This document shows positions 1 to 9,081 of a stretch of DNA of 39,452 nt, piece after piece. Position 1 is the stretch's first letter, and each line of letters starts with the position of its first letter. Source of the DNA: Candidatus Magasanikiibacteriota bacterium. Its GTDB lineage: Bacteria; Patescibacteriota; Patescibacteriia; Magasanikbacterales; GWA2-37-8. The position numbers were made by a program, and so were the translations under genes. The stretch lies in assembly GCA_036170335.1 (NCBI GenBank), contig JAVHOZ010000058.1:1-39452 (forward strand), in the 5' to 3' direction. Below the pieces are notes generated by a model. The model had not been told where the DNA came from. It made no database searches and saw nothing but the letters and a program-made list of their open reading frames with translations.

Positions 1-470
1 AAATAAATTAAAATTATTATTTGCATTCTTGTCATGTATACCATTGGTAAAATTTATTCCTTCTTGTTTGCCATCAACATAAAATTTTCCTTTTCTAGGA
101 TCACTATTATCAACTGTCACCGCTACAAAATGCCAATCGAAATCATTGTTATTAAAAATAGACCTCGTATTTGACTGTGAAAGAGCCCACCCAGAACCAA
201 ACAACAAATCATTTGCTGTTAAAGATGCTGTAGAAAGAAACTTTAAATTAACTATTTTTCCAGCGTCTTTTTTAATAAAGAAACTAAAATCCCTTTTGCC
301 TGTTGTGCCAGCATTGGTATCGTCTGCTTTGGTTATTATCGGATAAATTCCATCTACTGCTGTAGATTCAATCTTGATCCAAGTGGCAAATGTTATTTCA
401 TTTAAATTAAAACTCTGATTACTGTCGATTGTAAAATAATTAGAAGTACCATTAAAATACATTGCTTGTT
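1..470 (-). other. LamG / concanavalin-A-like lectin domain (Laminin_G_3-like), cut by the window edge
   Basis: Hand translation reads AMYFNGTSNYFTIDSNQSFNLNEITFATWIKIES...DWHFVAVTVDNSDPRKGKFYVDGKQ. This matches the LamG_3 pattern: F.G...Y..V......L......T..AW.K, then W.HVA.T.D, then LY.DG. Confidence 0.6.
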
Positions 471-3400
471 TTTTGCTGGCATCTGCTGATGTTGTGGTAG
501 CTGAACAGCCTGCACTTGCATTACCAGTACAATAAGCCTTCAAATCAGTAGAAGTAGCAAAATTTGGGATAGAAGATGTAGGATATTTTACCCACACATC
601 ATCAAATTTGTAGTAAACAATAGCCGATTGATTTTGCCATCGACATTGCTTGCAAATTCTCTGACCATTGGCACTGCCGATACTACATGTTTGGTTGCCA
701 TCACACTCTTCACCAAAATCAGATTGCACAAAACCATCTCCACAATAAGGTCCGGATTTTTGACAATCAAAAGAACAAGAATTATCAGCCGACAAACCAT
801 ATTTTTGCTTGTTAATAGCTAAGGTAATACATTTGCCTTGTTGACTTTGCCAAAGAGATGAATTTTTACAATCAACGTCTGTTAAACAAACTCTATTATC
901 ATTAACACCCCCCACACACCAACCATTATAATCTAGTGCTATATCACATACCTCATAAGTGGAGGAAACTATTTTGTTTCCACAAAATTCCTTCGCCAGG
1001 CCAGTGCAAGCACCATTGCAATGATTATATTTTCCATTGTTCAAAATTCCATCATCACACTTTTCTCCAATTTCAACTTTGCCGTTGCCACAATTGGCAA
1101 ATATACTACAAGTGGTAGTAACTGGGGTAGCTGACCATGTACAATCATTGGCACAAATAGTACCTTGTACCACAAAATTATTACAAGTAGATTGATTATT
1201 CCACACTACCGTACCTGGTGGATCACACTGCTCCCCTTTGTTCAAATTTATTTTTCCATCACCACATGTTCCCTGATTGATGGTAGTGATTTCATTTTTT
1301 TGATTACAAATACCATTTTGATCTATAAAATTAAAATGTTCTGGATTTTTTATCAAATCCTTAACCAGACTATCAAAATTAGTAATTACCAGCCCTGAAT
1401 CTTCCAAACGCAATTTTACCAAATAATCAGAAGCACTTTCGCCAGTGGAAGTGGCAATATAACGATAAGCCAAAGAATCATTGGCACAGGCAAAACTATA
1501 ACGCTTATCATCCGTACTCCAGCCGGTATTGGGATCGTGTAACACACAGGTTTCGGGTGGCACTAATTTTGAACAATCAGCATCACTGACACAAAATTTA
1601 CCAGTAGAAGACACGCAAGTGCCAGCAATACCAAGTTTGTTTATTGGATCAGCTGGAATAATACCACCAGTCGCATTTCCGAGTTTTGACCACGAAGGCC
1701 AAGTACTCACAGTCTGTCCAGACAAATAGGTACCTTCCTTGAGGTCGGGATAAGTACTTTGGTGGTTATTGTAATAACTAAACAGACTGTTATCGATACT
1801 ACCCATATCTTGAAGACGCGAGAAATTCCTCATTAATTTATCTTTTTGCGCTGAACATACTTCACCATTGCTACAATCAAAATCCGAAACACACTGATCG
1901 GTATCCCCTGGATTATTCATGTCTTTGCCACAATAACCATAGTTAGTTAGATTGATATTGAATTTCAAATTTTTTAATAAACTATCAAACACTTTCTTGG
2001 TTTCTGGATCGGCATTATCGCTAATGCTGAATAAATAAATATTGGTAAATAAATTACCATTTGGAATATTGTCAAAATTAAAAGCGCCAACATAAATATT
2101 ACTACCAACAGCTATCGCTTTATTACCATCAATCGGTGGCAAATCTTGAAAACCTTTTTCTGCAAATACATCATCCAGCCAATCACTTGGGGTTAGATGT
2201 TTTGGATTGGCGAGTACCTGGATACCAATCGCATCATTATTTTTATCGTTGGTAAATAAGAAGCGTTTAAAAGCTTTGCTATCTTGAAAAACATTACTAA
2301 TATTGCCAACACATTTTTGTTTAGTTTTAGATACATTTAGATCAGCTTCACCTCCATAACATACCACATTATTATGATTGCTTAACCAATTCATATAATC
2401 GGGCGAACCGGAACTAGGACAAGTCCATGCAGGGCAATATGCTGGTTGATTTTTACTATCTAAATAATATACAATTCCGTTTGGATCAGAATAACCACAT
2501 TTCATTGTATAATCATTAACATTATAAAATACCTTACCATTGCCAGCTGAAAATTGATTAACGTCTTTACAATCAGCGTCAATATCACAAGCATCATTAG
2601 TCAAATCACACACCCCAACACTTTTGACCTGCGCTTCACTTATTTGAACCGCTGGACGCAAATATGGCAGATCGTCTATCACACCAGTGTCACCATTGTC
2701 GGCACAATAATAAGTGCTAAAATTATAATATCCTTTGCCAACATTCGCAGGCGGTATGGCGGTATTGTTAAAGACATTGTCAGTCAAATTAAAACCATCA
2801 TTATTACCTATCTTATCCTCATAAGGAAAAATAATAGCCGGCTCAATTTGCCCAAGAACGAGCACTTCTTTTGGTGGCCAAGGATTCTCACACAAAAATA
2901 CGATGATGTGTGATTTACCAGTGCCGACTATACCCGTTTGATTGGTATATAAATTTTCAGTAATTACCGCTGACGCATGGACATCCACTTCCCCATTGTT
3001 ATTTTGTGGAATAACTACATTAATGAACAAAGAAGTGCTCGATATCAAAACATATGGGCTACTTTTTGGACCCCATTGATACTCCCAACCATAACCCTTC
3101 ACTGGTTGAATCATCTGACCAGAAGCAGCCACACCTTTGGCCACCAAAAAAACATTCTCATCAAGTTTAGAAAAATAATGTTGATCAGGGTCGATCATCA
3201 CTTTCTCGATTTCACAAATTTTGTCTCCCGTCTTAAATTTCCAATTAATTGCTTTGCCATCTGGCTTGCTTTCAATGCTTACACCCTGAACATTTTTAAT
3301 TCCTTTTTTCAAAATTACCACATAATCGGTTGACACAGCCAATGGATTTACCAAACCAAACAAAACTTTCGATCCACCTTTGTTATCTGGTACCACCTGC

Positions 3401-6400
3401 ACCTGACCAAGATCAGCTCCAGCGCACCAAGCATTTGCACTCACTTCATGACCAAACAAATTTTTTATCGCGATAATTATTTTGTTCCAAATATTTTTAT
3501 ACCATGGTAAAGAAGAATCAAATGGATCTAAAAATGAAATAGTACTACTCACATCTTCCAAACCACCGGTACAAGCGGAGGCGGCACTGCGAGCAATAAT
3601 AAAATTACCCGGTAGTGTAGCAGGATCAATCACACTATCAAAATCTGCTTCAATATAGGTATTGATACAAACATTTGTGGTATATTTGGCCGGGATAGTA
3701 CTAGTGTTACCAGGATAAACACCAGTTAATTTTGTTTTAAAATAACAACAAGAATTACCACCAACTCCAATATCTTTGTTTCCGGAATAAGCATTCTGAC
3801 ACTCTTCGTCGGTTTTATAGCCACACAATACTTTATATATACCAACTCCACTAATACCGGCCGCTGTACCTGTGATATCACTTACTTGCGCTGGGATGGT
3901 TGTACTAACTACGTTTTTAACTGAACCAGCCTGTCCGATAGCCAAAACCCAAGGGTCAACCAAAAGTCCACCAAGCGAATCTTTGTGCCAGAGATTGGTT
4001 AAATATTTATCAGTTTCACAATCAGCATCTTCGCCAATACCAGCTTTCCCATCACCACAAACTGATGGATCAGAATATAACAAAGAAGAACCAATATGTT
4101 GTAAGTTATCATTACAACCTTCTGCATCAACAGCACATTTTACACCATTGGTAACATCTGGTTTTGTTTTATCTATTTTCAAACAACGATCATTACACTC
4201 AGAAGCAACTTTGCCATCAGGCAAATCACAACCTACATCTTCATCTGGGCTTTGTACTCCATCACCACACTGACTATAAGCTTGACTACAGAAAAAATTA
4301 TAATCTTTTTGGTCAAAACCTCCATAAGCCGGATTGGCAGGGAGATTATTGTCAAAACACCATTTGGAAGATAATCTTGTACCAAAATGTAAACACTGCT
4401 CTGAACAATACATTGACGAAGTAGATACATTTTGATCAGCCGATACCCCTAAGTCACAATCTTCTCCCATTCCAATCATACTATTACCACAAATCGAAGC
4501 GCTAACTTCTTTGGCGGCAGTTTGCATTTTTGATCCAGTGTGCAAACATATATTACTACAACCAACACCGCTTTTTAGATCCTTAGGATCACACGCCTCA
4601 CCTTTTTTATTATCTACTGTGCCATCGCCGCAAGTGTTTTTATCCAAATTGCCCAAAAATTTACAGCTCAAACCACAACCGGTGGTTTTACTAGGACCGT
4701 CACAATCCTCACCCGCTTCTATTTTTCCATTGCCACAAATTGGATAGGCTGCAATTTTTGCCCCAGCTGGCACCGTACTGCCTTTTAAAATACAGTTAGC
4801 GGTACAATATGCACCCGATCCTTTGGTTATAAACGGTTTTACTTTGGCTATAAATTTATCATCAGAAGAAGTCCAATTCCAATTTTGAGTCCAAGGATTC
4901 AATTTTTGTCCAGTTTTACTACAAGCATCCGGAGCCGCATATGGCTGAGATTGAAACACTGCTAAATCTTTTAATTTTGAGGCAATAAATATCTTTGGCA
5001 CAACATCAATATGATCTACTTTACAAGCTTCCTTTTTGGTTCTAAATCTCCAAGTGAATACTTTGTTATATGGTTTGGAAAAAGTATCAAAATCTGTTGA
5101 GTTGGCCGCTGACCATAGCTGATCAATACTGTTTTTAGCAGGGGGTGTACTAGAGGCTGATAAAGTTACTTGATACAACTTATTTGGTAGCAGACCAGCA
5201 TCTGAACCATAGTTAGCAATCTGTAAAATTGTATTACCGGACACCTTATCATCAAATTTAATATTTGGTAGTTTGATAGGTTGACTAGTACTCAAACAAT
5301 TTTCATCATTACACTGTACCAACTTTATAGCTGGAGAATCTGGTCCAATATTATGATTAGACATCGTGACATTAAACTTGGCGCCGATAGCCGCATTGGT
5401 ACAAGCTTCCAAACAATTTGGCCAATAATCTACTACGTCCGGATTGGACAGATCAACTGTCAATGGACTACTGCCTGTTTTACTCACTTTAGGAACAGTA
5501 GATGTAGAAGCAGTGGCTTTTACATCTACACTTTCATTTGGCACTCCTATCCCGACAGTATTACCCAAAGTATTTACTTGAGTACTGATTTTATTATCTA
5601 CACCGTTGATAGTTACATATGGTTTTAAAGGATTTGGAGGATTTTTATTATCCACAATCCATTTCCAATCAAAACCAGATACATCCATCATTATACAATA
5701 TTGATCACTTAGACCGTTGCCTTTATAATAAACATCAAAAACATCTCCACCAACCGAATGATAACGCATTGGAGACTCTAATAATTTTGCCCAAAATTCA
5801 TAAGGAGTAACTACTACCTGTTTCAAAGCACAATCGCCTTTTCCAGTTTTAAAAGAAAAACAATAAGCAGTATCCGCGCCACATGGATTCGTGGCCATTA
5901 ATTTTAATATTTGCCCTTTATTGGCTGGAGCGGCAATACTGTCTGTCAAAACCACTTGATAAGTTGTACTAGCAGACCATTTTCCCGCATCAGATTTGAT
6001 AGACAAAGATTGTTGTAAATTCTGAGCCTGATTGAGACTAACGGGATTTAATTTAAAACTATCGTTAGTCAAAGTGATTTTTTGTGGTTTTTGACATACA
6101 CCTTTGATATCTATGCTATCACAAGAATTAACCAGCACAGTTTTGTTATTCACAGTCACAGGATTCAATTCAGAACTAAATTCAATAGTCACTAAAGCTG
6201 TTTGACAAACTTTGTCAGCATCATTTTTGCCAAGTATATTCCATTTGGTAGATGGAGACGGTGTCGGAATTTTTATTCCAGACTCAGTTTGCGCGTCACA
6301 ACGCTCTACAACTTGTGGTGGTGGAATAATGTCTTTGGTAGAAAACATCCAGACAAAACCACTATTTTTAAATTCTCCAATACACAAATTTTCTTTTGGT

Positions 6401-9081
6401 TTGCAAGCTCCCAATTCTGCTCCAGTGGTACAACATTTCAAACTAGCATCGGTACAGGTATTATTATTCTTTGTACAATCAGACGCTGAAAATAACATAC
6501 CGTTACTTTGTTTTTTATCCGTTGAACGATAGGCATAAGCCAAACCGGAAATAATATCTTTGCTGTTTGGAGTAGTGGTAACTGTTTTATCATCGATAAT
6601 AGAAACATTAGCACTAATTAATGTGTTAGTAATATCATCGGACTTTCCACCAAGTTTCCAAAAATAAAAACTGGTTACTTTATCTAAATACTCACCGGAG
6701 ACAGTTACAAATTTACCAACTGCAAATGGCACCGGACCAGACACTGGTGAAATTCCACAAATCCCCGGACTAGGATCACCGACATTTACCGTGACTGATT
6801 TGTCGTTGTCTAAAACACTATTTAGTTCATTGACTACATTATACACTTGAATAGTATATTTTTTGTTTGTATTGGCCAATCCAACTGGAACTTTTACTAC
6901 GATTTGATTGTCTTTCCAAAATGAATCTTTGCAGGCAACTGGAAAAACCAAATCACCAATTACATTCTCAGCATTTAAAATACCGATCGGTTTGAACCAC
7001 ACCACCCCCTGTTTTTCACCAAAATTTTTACCGGTGATAGTGAGATAATCACCAATAGTAGTTGTGGCTGGAGAGGAAATACTCGTTATAAACGGGGCAT
7101 CAGGATTTGATCCAGAAACTTGAAACAAAACTGTGTTGCTAAACTGACCATTGTTAGTTACCTTCACTCCGTAATCACCATTACCCAAAGTAACCGGCAC
7201 TACCGACGAAATCAGAGTATCGGCCCATCCCACTGCTCCACCAACGATTTTTGCTTTGGTATTATCACCAAAAATTACAGAACTCTTAACTATATCATAA
7301 GCACCAAAATTTTTACCTTTTACCGAAAATTTTGTACCAACTGATCCTTGATTTGGAGCCAAACCACAAATACCCGGATGAGAAATGTTGGATAAAACAA
7401 AATTTGGCACTTTTTTAAAACCATCACCGGTAGTATCAAAATATTTAACATTAAAATTGTCCAGACCAACCGCTTTTGTATTAAATACTGCTATTTTACT
7501 ACCATCAATCACACCATCTGGAACCAAGACAATAATCTGATTATCACTCCAATTATTAAAACCTGGGCCGCAATCTGCCACTTGTGCCTCTACCCAATCG
7601 GCTAGTACTTTTATATCAGGATTTTTAACCTTAGCAAAATAAACATGACCTTTGTTGGTACCAAAATTCTTGCCAACAACAGAAACAAAATCTCCAATTG
7701 CGGCGCTGGCTGGAGAAAAATCAGAAATATAAGTTTTGTCCACACAAATACCTTCTAGATCGTTAATATCTTTCTTTTGACAAAAACCACTAGCACAATC
7801 GGCATCTTTGGCACATTTGTCACCAGAACATATACCACATTCTCCACCACAATCAACAAACTTTTCACCTAGATTTTGATCTAAAACTTTATTAAAACAG
7901 TGTTCCGGTTTCAGGTTGGCGACAGAATTGTCCTCACCACTGTTGGCTGCAAAGTCCAACCCTATAGCTTTTAAAGAGTGGTCACCAATATTTAATTTAT
8001 TAGTTGGCCAAATAATTGTCGCCGTGCCGGATTTTTGACATTCAGTAAAATTTTTGTAAGTATCAACTAAAATATCATCGGCGTTCAAAATTAGATTTTG
8101 CAAACCACCATCATCAGTAAAATTGATTTTTACACTAATATCACTTCCTTGTTTCAAATCTACATCAGATATTTTTGGATATAAAATACTAATGGTAGGA
8201 TTCTTTCTATCTACCCCTTCACCGGTAATAAAAGTAACATCTGAACATTTACCAGTACTAAATAAACAATTTAAATCTTTACCATCAACACTTTTAATCC
8301 CCCCACTATTTTTTATTTTTATTTTATAGGTAGTAGTCGCGTCAAAACAATCTTTGCCAACATCTGGTGCCGGACAAGCTCCATTGGTAGGTTTGAAATA
8401 GGCAACTTTGTGCAAATTTGTCTGCCACGACCAATCACCTACTACCGGCACAGAAGTTAAAGCATTTTCTACTATAATATTATCTTTTAGAGTACTTACA
8501 TCCACATCCATATTGAACACTATCACTGGTGCCACATTTCGGATACAAACATTACCAGCAACTGGCGGTTGAATAATCTTAAATTTACCATCACAACTAC
8601 CATATGGACATGGTGGCACGACACAAGCTGGGCAATCTCCACCACAACTAGCTCCACCGGCATCTTTTTGAATCTTACACAGGGCATCACTGCTAACCGT
8701 TGTCGCCTCCACCAATTTATTCATTACAAAACTCACAATCGCATAAGATGACAAAACAATGACCAAACCAATCGTCGCATTAATTAATATTTTTTTAGCT
8801 GAGCCGACTTTTTCGTCATCACCACCAGCAGTCATCCAAAGGTAACCGGCATATAGCATCAAACCCAAAGCTACTATCCCTAGTAATTCCAAAGCTGCTC
8901 TGATAATTTTGGCAACGATAGTACGAATATCACCACTAGGCAAACCAGTTGCGGCCACTTCCTTCAGACCAACATCTAGAGATGTTTGAGCCTGAACCAA
9001 ATTATTAAATAACAAAAATCCAGTTACAAAAAATAACGAAAAAATTAAGAACAAAAATAATTTTTTATTTATAAATTTCAT
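1..9081 (-). CDS. giant secreted, membrane-anchored surface protein, 3'-partial (at least 3027 codons; C-terminus lies beyond window position 1)
   Basis: ATG at 9081-9079 overlaps the TGA of the upstream ORF (ATGA). Plus-strand triplets phased from position 1 contain no TTA/CTA/TCA in any block I hand-checked (1-660, 4981-5040, 7621-7740, 8701-9081). No stop-delimited minus-strand ORF in this frame appears in the track, as expected for an ORF that never reaches a stop inside the window. Hand translation starts MKFINKKLFLFLIFSLFFVTGFLLFNNLVQAQTSLDVGLKEVAATGLPSGDIRTIVAKIIRAALELLGIVALGLMLYAGYLWMTAGGDDEK and reaches DWHFVAVTVDNSDPRKGKFYVDGKQEGINFTNG at the window edge. Confidence 0.9.
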   Translation of the reverse strand, partial: MKFINKKLFLFLIFSLFFVTGFLLFNNLVQAQTSLDVGLKEVAATGLPSGDIRTIVAKIIRAALELLGIVALGLMLYAGYLWMTAGGDDEKVGSAKKILINATIGLVIVLSSYAIVSFVMNKLVEATTVSSDALCKIQKDAGGASCGGDCPACVVPPCPYGSCDGKFKIIQPPVAGNVCIRNVAPVIVFNMDVDVSTLKDNIIVENALTSVPVVGDWSWQTNLHKVAYFKPTNGACPAPDVGKDCFDATTTYKIKIKNSGGIKSVDGKDLNCLFSTGKCSDVTFITGEGVDRKNPTISILYPKISDVDLKQGSDISVKINFTDDGGLQNLILNADDILVDTYKNFTECQKSGTATIIWPTNKLNIGDHSLKAIGLDFAANSGEDNSVANLKPEHCFNKVLDQNLGEKFVDCGGECGICSGDKCAKDADCASGFCQKKDINDLEGICVDKTYISDFSPASAAIGDFVSVVGKNFGTNKGHVYFAKVKNPDIKVLADWVEAQVADCGPGFNNWSDNQIIVLVPDGVIDGSKIAVFNTKAVGLDNFNVKYFDTTGDGFKKVPNFVLSNISHPGICGLAPNQGSVGTKFSVKGKNFGAYDIVKSSVIFGDNTKAKIVGGAVGWADTLISSVVPVTLGNGDYGVKVTNNGQFSNTVLFQVSGSNPDAPFITSISSPATTTIGDYLTITGKNFGEKQGVVWFKPIGILNAENVIGDLVFPVACKDSFWKDNQIVVKVPVGLANTNKKYTIQVYNVVNELNSVLDNDKSVTVNVGDPSPGICGISPVSGPVPFAVGKFVTVSGEYLDKVTSFYFWKLGGKSDDITNTLISANVSIIDDKTVTTTPNSKDIISGLAYAYRSTDKKQSNGMLFSASDCTKNNNTCTDASLKCCTTGAELGACKPKENLCIGEFKNSGFVWMFSTKDIIPPPQVVERCDAQTESGIKIPTPSPSTKWNILGKNDADKVCQTALVTIEFSSELNPVTVNNKTVLVNSCDSIDIKGVCQKPQKITLTNDSFKLNPVSLNQAQNLQQSLSIKSDAGKWSASTTYQVVLTDSIAAPANKGQILKLMATNPCGADTAYCFSFKTGKGDCALKQVVVTPYEFWAKLLESPMRYHSVGGDVFDVYYKGNGLSDQYCIMMDVSGFDWKWIVDNKNPPNPLKPYVTINGVDNKISTQVNTLGNTVGIGVPNESVDVKATASTSTVPKVSKTGSSPLTVDLSNPDVVDYWPNCLEACTNAAIGAKFNVTMSNHNIGPDSPAIKLVQCNDENCLSTSQPIKLPNIKFDDKVSGNTILQIANYGSDAGLLPNKLYQVTLSASSTPPAKNSIDQLWSAANSTDFDTFSKPYNKVFTWRFRTKKEACKVDHIDVVPKIFIASKLKDLAVFQSQPYAAPDACSKTGQKLNPWTQNWNWTSSDDKFIAKVKPFITKGSGAYCTANCILKGSTVPAGAKIAAYPICGNGKIEAGEDCDGPSKTTGCGLSCKFLGNLDKNTCGDGTVDNKKGEACDPKDLKSGVGCSNICLHTGSKMQTAAKEVSASICGNSMIGMGEDCDLGVSADQNVSTSSMYCSEQCLHFGTRLSSKWCFDNNLPANPAYGGFDQKDYNFFCSQAYSQCGDGVQSPDEDVGCDLPDGKVASECNDRCLKIDKTKPDVTNGVKCAVDAEGCNDNLQHIGSSLLYSDPSVCGDGKAGIGEDADCETDKYLTNLWHKDSLGGLLVDPWVLAIGQAGSVKNVVSTTIPAQVSDITGTAAGISGVGIYKVLCGYKTDEECQNAYSGNKDIGVGGNSCCYFKTKLTGVYPGNTSTIPAKYTTNVCINTYIEADFDSVIDPATLPGNFIIARSAASACTGGLEDVSSTISFLDPFDSSLPWYKNIWNKIIIAIKNLFGHEVSANAWCAGADLGQVQVVPDNKGGSKVLFGLVNPLAVSTDYVVILKKGIKNVQGVSIESKPDGKAINWKFKTGDKICEIEKVMIDPDQHYFSKLDENVFLVAKGVAASGQMIQPVKGYGWEYQWGPKSSPYVLISSTSLFINVVIPQNNNGEVDVHASAVITENLYTNQTGIVGTGKSHIIVFLCENPWPPKEVLVLGQIEPAIIFPYEDKIGNNDGFNLTDNVFNNTAIPPANVGKGYYNFSTYYCADNGDTGVIDDLPYLRPAVQISEAQVKSVGVCDLTNDACDIDADCKDVNQFSAGNGKVFYNVNDYTMKCGYSDPNGIVYYLDSKNQPAYCPAWTCPSSGSPDYMNWLSNHNNVVCYGGEADLNVSKTKQKCVGNISNVFQDSKAFKRFLFTNDKNNDAIGIQVLANPKHLTPSDWLDDVFAEKGFQDLPPIDGNKAIAVGSNIYVGAFNFDNIPNGNLFTNIYLFSISDNADPETKKVFDSLLKNLKFNINLTNYGYCGKDMNNPGDTDQCVSDFDCSNGEVCSAQKDKLMRNFSRLQDMGSIDNSLFSYYNNHQSTYPDLKEGTYLSGQTVSTWPSWSKLGNATGGIIPADPINKLGIAGTCVSSTGKFCVSDADCSKLVPPETCVLHDPNTGWSTDDKRYSFACANDSLAYRYIATSTGESASDYLVKLRLEDSGLVITNFDSLVKDLIKNPEHFNFIDQNGICNQKNEITTINQGTCGDGKINLNKGEQCDPPGTVVWNNQSTCNNFVVQGTICANDCTWSATPVTTTCSIFANCGNGKVEIGEKCDDGILNNGKYNHCNGACTGLAKEFCGNKIVSSTYEVCDIALDYNGWCVGGVNDNRVCLTDVDCKNSSLWQSQQGKCITLAINKQKYGLSADNSCSFDCQKSGPYCGDGFVQSDFGEECDGNQTCSIGSANGQRICKQCRWQNQSAIVYYKFDDVWVKYPTSSIPNFATSTDLKAYCTGNASAGCSATTTSADASKKQAMYFNGTSNYFTIDSNQSFNLNEITFATWIKIESTAVDGIYPIITKADDTNAGTTGKRDFSFFIKKDAGKIVNLKFLSTASLTANDLLFGSGWALSQSNTRSIFNNNDFDWHFVAVTVDNSDPRKGKFYVDGKQEGINFTNGIHDKNANNNFNLF
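700..1275 (-). repeat. second cluster of three CG[DN]G...GE.CD cysteine-rich repeats
   Basis: Translated motifs are TCGDGKINLNKGEQCDPPG, NCGNGKVEIGEKCDDG and YCGDGFVQSDFGEECDGN. Confidence 0.6.
4018..4740 (-). repeat. cluster of five Cys-rich CG[DN]G...GE.CD repeats (DUF4215 / Myxococcus cysteine-rich-repeat-like)
   Basis: Translated motifs are ICGNGKIEAGEDCDGP, TCGDGTVDNKKGEACDP, ICGNSMIGMGEDCDLG, QCGDGVQSPDEDVGCDL and VCGDGKAGIGEDADCE. Confidence 0.6.
6540..7750 (-). repeat. four tandem IPT/TIG-like Ig-fold repeats inside the giant protein
   Basis: Hand translation gives four modules: YISDFSPASAAIGDFVSVVGKNFGTNKGHVYF, ICGLAPNQGSVGTKFSVKGKNFG, ITSISSPATTTIGDYLTITGKNFGEKQGVVWF and ICGISPVSGPVPFAVGKFVTVSGEYL. 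They follow the I.SISP..G..G..VTI.G.NFG...V.F pattern of IPT/TIG domains. Confidence 0.55.
8710..9081 (-). other. N-terminal module of the giant protein: signal peptide (VQA/QT) plus VirB2/TrbC-like (T4SS-pilin-like) two-helix membrane hairpin
   Basis: Two hydrophobic helices (LELLGIVALGLMLYAGYLW and ILINATIGLVIVLSSYAIVSFV) flank a short charged loop (MTAGGDDEKVGSAKK). From memory, this is the pattern of TrbC/VirB2 and Pfam T4SS_pilin proteins. It is near-identical in layout to the N-terminus of the neighbouring 693-aa ORF. Confidence 0.6.

Noticed and set aside
146-8751. About 25 short plus-strand ORFs and two minus-strand ORFs (60-133 aa) listed in the track across the first 9 kb
   Set aside because: All lie in alternative frames of the single continuous minus-strand giant ORF. 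They have low-complexity, non-protein-like sequences and no RBS, so they are frame shadows.
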